Below, one piece after another: positions 56,758-64,000 of a stretch of 64,000 nt of DNA. Source of the stretch: Trueperaceae bacterium (GTDB taxonomy: Bacteria > Deinococcota > Deinococci > Deinococcales > Trueperaceae); contig CBDCDZ010000004.1 in assembly GCA_965215565.1 (NCBI GenBank), positions 3,744,001 through 3,808,000 on the forward strand, given 5' to 3'. Both the position numbers and the translations under genes were made by a program. The notes beneath the pieces were generated by a model. It searched no databases. It was not told the DNA's origin and saw only the letters and a list, made by a program, of their open reading frames with translations. Each line of letters opens with the position of its first letter. Position 1 is the first letter of the stretch.

Positions 56758-59262
56758 ATGATACGTTACCGTTTCGTTCTACTACTCGTTCTTGGCTTCG
56801 CTGTCGCTGCTTGCGACATGCGAGGCTCTCCCAGCGTGGTGGAGAGCCCCAACATCACCAGCTTCGAGGCGTCCGAACTCGGCGCGGACGGCAGCGCTAC
56901 CTTGTCCTGGAGGGTGGAAAATGCCGCCACGTTGTCCATCGATCAAGGCGTCGGCGACGTCACCGGGCAGAGCAGCGCCTCTGTCTCGCCCACGCGGACG
57001 ACCACCTACACCTTGCGCGCGGTCAATAGCGAGGGTCAAGCTGAGGCGAGGGCGACCGTCACGGTTGAGGGCACGACGCCCGCCCCAAACCCAGGTGAGG
57101 ACACCGCCGCGCCCTCGGGCAGCTTCGGCGTGTCAGAGGACGCTGACCCGCCCTTCCGCAACGATTCGGGCAGCAGGATCGAGGATGCGGGCGACAACCG
57201 CATCGTCAAGGTGGAGCCGGGGGGAACCTTCTACGCCCGAGTCGCTTACGAGGACCCTAGCGGCGTCACGGACGTGGAGGTCAACCTCGTCAATAGCAGT
57301 CCAGACGGTGTAGCAGGCACGCTCAGTCCGTCGCAGCAGTTTTTCACTCTGGGGGAACCTACCGGAACGTGCGACCTCTCGAGCGACCCTGTGACCGTCA
57401 TCTGCATCTATCCCATCACCGTGGCAGAGGACGCGGTGAATATTGGCGAGTTGGACGGCGCAGGGAGCGAGTTCGCCTACGTCTTCCGCACAAAGGTTAC
57501 GGACGCGGCGGGCAACCAGTCCGATGAGGCGATACGCGGCTATGTCGTCGTCACGGGCGACGCGACGCCCGCGCCGCCGGAAGAGGATAACGGAGCGCCT
57601 ACGGCTGACTTCACCGCCGAGCAAGAAGGCAGCCTCAGCGTGAGGTTCAGCGCTGCGCCCTCGTCCGACCCCGACGGCGACCCGCTCTCGTATGCCTGGG
57701 ACTTCGGCGACGGGAGTGCGGGCTCGAGCCGCGACTTCACCAAAACCTACCGCGACGCGGGCAGCTACGAGGTTACCCTTACAGTCTCCGACGGCAAAGG
57801 CGGCGAGGACACCGTGGCCGAGACGGTGAGCGTCGAAGCGGCGGAGCCTGAACCCCTTCCGAGAGGCAACATCGTCGTCACGTCCACTTCGGGCGCAGCC
57901 TCCTTAGAGGACGAATGCACCCTGCGAGCGGCGATCACGGCGGCGAATACCGACGCGGCTGTCGGCGGTTGCCCGGCGGGAAGCGGCGCGGACACCATCG
58001 TTCTGGCTGAAGGCGCGACCTACGCCTCGAGCGAGGCGGACAACGGGACGGGCGACGACATGAGCGCCCTGCCGCGCATTACCAGCGAGATAAGCCTCGA
58101 GGGTAACGGCGCGACGGTGGAGCGTTCTGGTGCCGAAGACACTCCCCCCTTCCGCCTGTTCTACGTCGCCGAGGCGGGCACCTTGACCTTGGAAAACGTA
58201 ACCGTTCGTGGCGGCGAACTCATCGACACGTCCCACAGTCAAGCACCTGGCGTCGTCGGCCCGAGCTTTCTCAACCTCGGCAGCCTCACCCTGACGAACG
58301 TGATTATAAGCGACGGCTACATTGAAGGGGCGTCGAACGGCGTGGCGGTGCACAACTTGGGAACGCTCAGGCTCGAGCGAAGCACCGCCGAAAATCACTC
58401 CGCGAACGACCCCTACGGCGACAATAGCGCCCTCTACAACGCAGGCGAGGCGACGCTCGTGGATACGCTTGTGCGCAACCCTTCCGAGGGGAGCATCATC
58501 GGCGCTATCTACAACGCGGCGGCGGGCACGCTCGACGTTCAGAGGAGCACGGTGACACGCTTTCTCAACTTCGAAACCTTTGCTGGCGTCGAGAACGACG
58601 GCGAAGCTACGCTCACCGACAGCACCATCTTCGACAATTCCGGCGATAAAAGTAATGCCGGCGTCCTCAATAGAGGCACAATGACGATTCAGCGCAGCCT
58701 CATCGCGGACAACAGCGGCTTCGATTCGGGTCAAGGGGGTATCTTTAATAGCGGCACCCTGACCCTGCTCAACTCAACCCTGAGCAACAACAGCGCCGAC
58801 TTCGGGGCGATAGTCGGCAACACCGGCAGGGTGGATATCCGCTACAGCACCATCAAAGACAACGTCACGGGCACCTTTTTCTCCGATTCTGAAGATGAAC
58901 CCGTACACGTCATCGAGAATGCAGGCACGCTCACGCTGCACGCGAGCATCATAGAGAACGGCGACGGAGACACGCTGCTCAACTGCACAGGCTCTGGCAC
59001 GTTCATTTCAGAGGGGTACAACGCAGCGAGCGACGGGTCTTGTGACTTGGACAGCGACACTGACAACCTCGCCGACTTTGGTTTGGGCTTGGCTCCTCTA
59101 CGCGACAACGGCGGAGAAACCCTGACGCACGCGCTTCCTAACGGCACGTTCTTACTCGACGCTGTCCCCGCTGACGCTTGCGAGGTCCAGACCGACCAGC
59201 GCGGCGTGAGCCGTCCGCAAGGCGAGGCGTGCGACATCGGCGCGTTTGAGTTGGAGCAGTAG
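56758..59262 (+). CDS. lipoprotein with Ig-like, PKD and CSLREA/beta-helix (choice-of-anchor Q-like) domains
   Basis: lipobox VAAC; YAWDFGDG; CTLRAAI; DNGGETLTHAL..DQRG..CDIGAFE. Confidence 0.9.
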   Translation: MIRYRFVLLLVLGFAVAACDMRGSPSVVESPNITSFEASELGADGSATLSWRVENAATLSIDQGVGDVTGQSSASVSPTRTTTYTLRAVNSEGQAEARATVTVEGTTPAPNPGEDTAAPSGSFGVSEDADPPFRNDSGSRIEDAGDNRIVKVEPGGTFYARVAYEDPSGVTDVEVNLVNSSPDGVAGTLSPSQQFFTLGEPTGTCDLSSDPVTVICIYPITVAEDAVNIGELDGAGSEFAYVFRTKVTDAAGNQSDEAIRGYVVVTGDATPAPPEEDNGAPTADFTAEQEGSLSVRFSAAPSSDPDGDPLSYAWDFGDGSAGSSRDFTKTYRDAGSYEVTLTVSDGKGGEDTVAETVSVEAAEPEPLPRGNIVVTSTSGAASLEDECTLRAAITAANTDAAVGGCPAGSGADTIVLAEGATYASSEADNGTGDDMSALPRITSEISLEGNGATVERSGAEDTPPFRLFYVAEAGTLTLENVTVRGGELIDTSHSQAPGVVGPSFLNLGSLTLTNVIISDGYIEGASNGVAVHNLGTLRLERSTAENHSANDPYGDNSALYNAGEATLVDTLVRNPSEGSIIGAIYNAAAGTLDVQRSTVTRFLNFETFAGVENDGEATLTDSTIFDNSGDKSNAGVLNRGTMTIQRSLIADNSGFDSGQGGIFNSGTLTLLNSTLSNNSADFGAIVGNTGRVDIRYSTIKDNVTGTFFSDSEDEPVHVIENAGTLTLHASIIENGDGDTLLNCTGSGTFISEGYNAASDGSCDLDSDTDNLADFGLGLAPLRDNGGETLTHALPNGTFLLDAVPADACEVQTDQRGVSRPQGEACDIGAFELEQ

Positions 59263-59269
59263 CGCCTAA

Positions 59270-59293
59270 GGGCTATCCCCGCAGGGATAGCCC
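59270..59293. terminator. hairpin after PKD lipoprotein
   Basis: GGGCTATCCC-CGCA-GGGATAGCCC. Confidence 0.6.
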
Positions 59294-59488
59294 ACCCAAA
59301 AAAACCTCAACCGAAAACTCAAAGCGCTCGGGTGCCGCGTTCAGCACCTCACCACCGGGCGCTTATGGCCCCTTATTGCTGCACGAACCACTTCGTACGT
59401 AAACCGTGAAAGGGGGTGATGCCCATGTAGCGCGCGTGATGCCCTGGGAGAGCGTACACGAAACCTACTCGAAAGAAAGAGGAAAACC

Positions 59489-62110
59489 ATGAAAAAAATC
59501 CATTCTATCTTCTATTGGGGCGTTCCCCTACTGCTCCTGCTAGCCGCGTGCGGCGAGGACGCCGCACCGACAATCCGTAGTGGCGACACTGCGGAGGTGC
59601 GCGTAGCTTCGAACTTGGGCGCGGACACGGCGGCTACAGCGGAGGTGCTTAGCGTGCAAGGCGTCCCTGTTGACCCAGAAACGGGCGAGTCGGGTGTGGC
59701 GAAAGCGGTGCTCGAGGTCTACGACACCCCCACAGGCGAACAACTCTTCTTCAGAGGCGGACAGATTGTGAGTGAAGCCGAAGGGGAAGCGGTGACCTTT
59801 ACGCCGGAGGAAGGGGGCGTCGCCCTCGCCTTGCCCCCCGGCAACTACAGCTTCTTCTTGTCCGCGTTCGACGACCGCGAACCCGCCAACGAACTCGCCT
59901 TCGGTCTCTCTGAAAACGTTGAAGTCGGGGACGCGGACGTCCAAGTCTCCATCTTCTTGGGCAGCTTTTTAGGGGACGTAACCCTCCGCGTGCCCGAGTC
60001 GGTCGAGTCTAACGCTATCTTCGACGCCTTTTTAGAGGTGTCCCCGCCCGGCAGACCCGACCTGCGCGTGCCTGAAGGCGATTACGCTGTGGTTTACGAC
60101 GCTTTCGGGCCGAGCCAGATACTTTCAGAAAGTCAGCTCGGCGCAAGAGTCGCGGCGGGTTGCGACGACGTTCGGATCGTCGCGCGCACGAGAAGGGTTG
60201 GACCTCGCGCCAAAGCACGCTTCGAGACCAACGCGACAGTCCCGGTCAGCGGTGGAGCGTGCGGAGACGGCTCGGGCGTCGGCGCAGACCTCATCCTGCC
60301 CTTCGTCGCCATCACGAGCCCCGGCGAAGGCGCAAACGTGGACGCTGAGTTTACCCTCATAGGCGACGTGAACGACCAGCAGAGCGGCGTCGACCGCGTC
60401 GAGGTCTACGAGGGCACGGTCCTCTTAGGCGAAGCCGACATCGACACGAATGAGATGCGCTGGAGCTTCGACGTCTCTCTAGAGAAGGGCGCTTACACCT
60501 TGACGGCTGTTGCCTTTGACAACGCGGGCAATACCAGCCGAGAAGAGGTCCGTGTCACGGTTAAAGAGGGCGACGGGAGTACGGGCGGTGAACCCTGCGT
60601 CAACCCGGTAGAGATTCCCGATGAAAACTTGAGAGAGAGGCTGAATCAGGCACTAGGGCGGTCAGACGACGCCGAGCTGACGTGTGAAAACTTGGCTGAG
60701 CTAACCGAGTTGAGGCTTCAAAATCTCGACGGATTAGAGGCGGACAACGTCGTAACGCGCTTAGAAGGACTTCAGTACGCCGTAAATCTGGAACGTTTAG
60801 AGCTTTTTACGCGCACCTTTCGTTCTTATGACCCTTATGAAGACCTAGAGGTCATCTCGAGCCTTAAAAAGCTGACCTACTTCGAAACGGATCAGAGCGT
60901 TCAAGACCTCTCTTTTCTAGCTGGTGCGGTGAGCCTCGAGACGCTTATCCTGACCTCGCGGTTTACGCAGGGTTCTCCCAACGAATATACCGACCTTGCT
61001 CCATTGGCAAACCTCACAAACCTCCGAGTTCTTGATCTCGGTTCCGTACCCGAAGGAGCCCTCGCTGATATCACGCCCCTTGCGGACCTTACGGCGTTAG
61101 AAGACCTCGACCTTAGTAATAACAGCGTCAGCGACCTCACGTCCCTCGTCGCGAATGAAGGGCTAGGACAGGGCGACACCGTCAATGTGGCGGGCAATCC
61201 CCTCGAGACCTGCCCCGGTTCTGAGGATAGGCGGAACATAGACGCGCTCCTTAGACGCGGCGTCGAGGTGGTGTTTAGCGAGCCTACCGACTGTCAACCT
61301 GATGGTGGTGAGCAAGCGTGCACCGACCCCGTGGAGATTCCTGACAAAAATCTGAGGAACATCATCAGGGGAGCCTTAGACCTTTCAGACGACGCCGAGC
61401 TGACCTGTGAGGCTCTAGCTGAGCTGACCGAGCTGTTCATCGGCTACACCGACGGACCCGACGCAGAGTCCTTTAACGTCAGCAACTTAGAGGGGCTGCA
61501 ATACGCCGTCAACTTAGAGCGCCTAGAGCTTCGGCTCAACACCTTTCGTGGCTCATCGCCTATAGATGACCTTTCTCCCTTGGCAGGTTTAGAAAACCTC
61601 ACTTACCTCAAAGTCGACAAGGAGAGTTTAGAAGACATCTCTTTTGTAGCTGAGCTAACCGCTTTGGAAGAACTCGATCTCACCCCGCTTCAAAGCGGCA
61701 GAATCGAGGACATTTCACCCTTGGCTAACCTCGTCAACTTAGAGCGGCTCTACCTCAGCCGCAACTCGTTCATCCGAGACATCACACCCCTCGCCAACCT
61801 CACGGAGCTAGACATCCTCTTCCTCGACGGTAACGCAGTTCGCGACATCACGCCCTTGGAGGATTTGACGGACTTGGACGTGCTCGTCTTGGACGTCAAC
61901 GAGATAGCCGACCTCAGCCCGCTGCTAGAAAATGAAGGGCTGGGCGAGGGCGACGATACAATTAGCCTCAGCTCAAACTGCTTCGACCCCGCAGACCCCG
62001 ACGTGCTAGCGGTTGTCCGGCAACTCGAGGCGCGCAACCCCAATCAAATGAACGTGACCTACGACGAGTTCAGTTCGCCTAGCGAGAGCGACTGCTCTTA
62101 CTTGGAGTAG
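59489..62110 (+). CDS. lipoprotein with Ig-like domain and duplicated internalin-like LRR modules
   Basis: lipobox LAAC; GAYTLTAVAFDNAGN; IPDxNL cap and LEGLQYAVNLERLEL twice; DITPLANLTEL repeats. Confidence 0.9.
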   Translation: MKKIHSIFYWGVPLLLLLAACGEDAAPTIRSGDTAEVRVASNLGADTAATAEVLSVQGVPVDPETGESGVAKAVLEVYDTPTGEQLFFRGGQIVSEAEGEAVTFTPEEGGVALALPPGNYSFFLSAFDDREPANELAFGLSENVEVGDADVQVSIFLGSFLGDVTLRVPESVESNAIFDAFLEVSPPGRPDLRVPEGDYAVVYDAFGPSQILSESQLGARVAAGCDDVRIVARTRRVGPRAKARFETNATVPVSGGACGDGSGVGADLILPFVAITSPGEGANVDAEFTLIGDVNDQQSGVDRVEVYEGTVLLGEADIDTNEMRWSFDVSLEKGAYTLTAVAFDNAGNTSREEVRVTVKEGDGSTGGEPCVNPVEIPDENLRERLNQALGRSDDAELTCENLAELTELRLQNLDGLEADNVVTRLEGLQYAVNLERLELFTRTFRSYDPYEDLEVISSLKKLTYFETDQSVQDLSFLAGAVSLETLILTSRFTQGSPNEYTDLAPLANLTNLRVLDLGSVPEGALADITPLADLTALEDLDLSNNSVSDLTSLVANEGLGQGDTVNVAGNPLETCPGSEDRRNIDALLRRGVEVVFSEPTDCQPDGGEQACTDPVEIPDKNLRNIIRGALDLSDDAELTCEALAELTELFIGYTDGPDAESFNVSNLEGLQYAVNLERLELRLNTFRGSSPIDDLSPLAGLENLTYLKVDKESLEDISFVAELTALEELDLTPLQSGRIEDISPLANLVNLERLYLSRNSFIRDITPLANLTELDILFLDGNAVRDITPLEDLTDLDVLVLDVNEIADLSPLLENEGLGEGDDTISLSSNCFDPADPDVLAVVRQLEARNPNQMNVTYDEFSSPSESDCSYLE

Positions 62111-62136
62111 CGTCATCTTGAAGCGCAGCGCCTAGC

Positions 62137-62178
62137 ATAAGGCTCGAGACCTCTTCGCGAAGAGGTCTCGAGCCTTAT
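62137..62178. terminator. perfect 42-bp palindrome, likely terminator
   Basis: ATAAGGCTCGAGACCTCTTCG|CGAAGAGGTCTCGAGCCTTAT. Confidence 0.7.
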
Positions 62179-62216
62179 TTAACTTTTCTTATCTCGAGCT
62201 AAAGGTAGCATACGGC

Positions 62217-62972
62217 ATGGACGATATCGGCAAACGCGGAAACAACCGAGGCTACGGAAAAAAACCTGAAAAACAGTACGTCATCGACGCCCTAGCCGGC
62301 GAATCCTGGCGGCTCTTTCGCATCATGGGTGAGTTCGTGCAAGGCTTCGAAGACATGAGCGACGTGGATAGAGCCGTCACCATCTTCGGCTCGGCGCGGC
62401 TCAAGGTAGACCACCCTTACTACGAACAAGCGGAGCGCTTAGCTAAAAAACTCGCCGCATGCGACTACACCGTCATCACAGGTGGCGGCCCCGGCATCAT
62501 GGAAGCAGGTAATAAGGGCGCATATGAAGCGAAAGGGCGCTCCATCGGTCTAAACATCGACTTACCCTTTGAGCAAGGCGCGAACCCCTACTTGACCGAC
62601 GAACTGAACTTCCGCTACTTCTTCATTCGCAAGGTGATGCTCGTCAAGTACTCCACCGCCTTCGTCGTCTTTCCCGGCGGCTTCGGCACCATAGACGAGC
62701 TGTTCGAATCCTTGACCCTCATCCAGACCAAAAAGATCAAACCCTTTCCCATCTACTTAGTCGGGAAAGAGTTCTGGGGTGGGCTTTTGGCTTGGCTCGA
62801 GGACACCCTCTTAGAGATGGGCACGATTGCGCCCAAAGACATGCACCTCTTCAAAGTGGTGGACAAGGTCGAGTCGATTCCCGAAGAGATTGACGACTAT
62901 TACGAGAGCTTGGAGCATGGGGGGTTTGAGGTGCCGAGTGACGTGAATGAGGTTGTGGAGACGGAGGGGTAG
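62217..62972 (+). CDS. LOG family (TIGR00730) nucleotide phosphoribohydrolase
   Basis: IFGSAR, TGGGPGIMEA, FFIRKVM, PGGFGTIDELFE. Confidence 0.94.
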   Translation: MDDIGKRGNNRGYGKKPEKQYVIDALAGESWRLFRIMGEFVQGFEDMSDVDRAVTIFGSARLKVDHPYYEQAERLAKKLAACDYTVITGGGPGIMEAGNKGAYEAKGRSIGLNIDLPFEQGANPYLTDELNFRYFFIRKVMLVKYSTAFVVFPGGFGTIDELFESLTLIQTKKIKPFPIYLVGKEFWGGLLAWLEDTLLEMGTIAPKDMHLFKVVDKVESIPEEIDDYYESLEHGGFEVPSDVNEVVETEG

Positions 62973-63038
62973 GAGCGAGTGGCATAAGCAAGGTTTAGAA
63001 AGGGTCAGATAAGCAGTCCGACCCTCAAATTCAATTCG

Positions 63039-63590
63039 CTAAAATCCACCTAGTGAAAAAATAGCGACGAGGGCCGGTGTGCCTATGATGACCGCGACAA
63101 TAAATGACGCAAAAAATGCCTTGAGTACGGTGAACTGGTGCGCTTCTGCCACGGCTCGCCAGTGAACCGTCCACGTCCAAATAGACATAACTACTAAAAA
63201 AGCAAAGAGAATATAAGCGATTTCCGCAAACTGTAAAGCGTTGCCAAGGACCGTCAAGCTAAGGAGGATGACGCGCCATTGAAGCGTTGGCAGGTAGTAG
63301 CCCCATATGGTTGCAGTTCTCATTGCCTCTCCTGTGCCTTGACCGCCGAACCAACTTCCTACCCAGCGCAGTAAGAAAGCGTAAACATAGAGGATGATAA
63401 ACGCCATGATTGGACCAACAATGATACCGATGGGTCCACTTCGTAATCCGATTACAACGCCCGCAATAAGCATAATAGGGATGGCGTGTTTTCCTGAATC
63501 AGTATTCAAGAGGTCGCGAATAATGGCTCTTGGCTGCGTCCAAATCTCGAGCCAGCGATTGTTGATAGAAGGTTGAGCGGATTGTTGCAC
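63039..63590 (-). CDS. Yip1 family membrane protein
   Basis: IWTQPR, WVGSWFGGQG, AEAHQF, five hydrophobic segments; AGGAG RBS. Confidence 0.82.
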   Translation of the reverse strand: MQQSAQPSINNRWLEIWTQPRAIIRDLLNTDSGKHAIPIMLIAGVVIGLRSGPIGIIVGPIMAFIILYVYAFLLRWVGSWFGGQGTGEAMRTATIWGYYLPTLQWRVILLSLTVLGNALQFAEIAYILFAFLVVMSIWTWTVHWRAVAEAHQFTVLKAFFASFIVAVIIGTPALVAIFSLGGF

Positions 63591-63691
63591 GGTAACGTCT
63601 CCTAAAGATTTGACCTCTTGGCATCTTAGGGAGTTGCGCCGCGCCGCCTCGTAAAATTTTCAATACGGCTGCGAAAGGTGTGAAGAAAAGG

Positions 63692-64000
63692 TTAAACCAA
63701 GCCCTGCTCGAGCCCCTTCAACACCGCCCGCGTCCGGTCTCTCACGCCGAACTTGGACAAGACCGAAGAGACGTGATTTTTTACGGTTCCCTCGGAAACG
63801 CTCAAGGCTTGCGCGATGTCGCGGTTCGAGTAGCCGCCCGCCATGAGCCGCAGCACTTCGCGCTCGCGTTCGGTCAAGGGATCGGGTGTGTCTAAACTTG
63901 GATAGTCGTTATCAAGGTGGCTGAGCCCGCGCAAGATGCGCTCTGTTACAGCGGGTTGAATCAAGGTTTTGCCCTCATGTAAGGTGTGCACCGCGTTCAC
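63692..64000 (-). CDS. NarL/LuxR family response regulator, C-terminal part (5' end outside window)
   Basis: LTEREREVLRLMAGGYSNRDIA..EGTVKNHVSSVLSK..DRT. Confidence 0.92.
   Translation of the reverse strand: MNAVHTLHEGKTLIQPAVTERILRGLSHLDNDYPSLDTPDPLTEREREVLRLMAGGYSNRDIAQALSVSEGTVKNHVSSVLSKFGVRDRTRAVLKGLEQGLV

Overview
GC-rich bacterial chromosome window, most consistent with Deinococcota (Trueperaceae-like). This is an inference from short hisG plus hisZ, bshB1, tRNAs without encoded CCA, many apparently leaderless genes and a Deinococcus-type repeat. Most of it is housekeeping or envelope content: ALDH, hisZG, amidase, guaD, ftsX-envC, bshB1-plsY, pth-rplY-prs, BCCT, murJ, amtB-glnK, GH13, two large lipoproteins, LOG, tRNA-Leu(CAG) and tRNA-Ile2(CAT). 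The standout is a ~9 kb integrase-less defence island next to tRNA-Ile2. It encodes a PLD-nuclease/SNF2-helicase, a 1319-aa Eco57I/type IIG-like N6-adenine methyltransferase and a translationally coupled antitoxin/PIN toxin pair. The methyltransferase carries a ~197-aa in-frame insert between motifs I and IV holding an apparently intact HUH Y1 (REP-associated tyrosine transposase-like) domain. Matching REP palindromes (ARCAAGGGG..CCCCTTGTT) are translated inside the gene and also occur elsewhere in the window. Other notable items: a 204-bp MITE inserted in frame at the ftsX stop/envC start; two families of TA-flanked intergenic repeats; an inverted-domain (NewPHL-like) photolyase; a PadR operon with two HAAS-type paralogues and a long operator; a split lytic transglycosylase; and several micro-ORFs. 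All calls come from reading motifs by eye; no database search was run.
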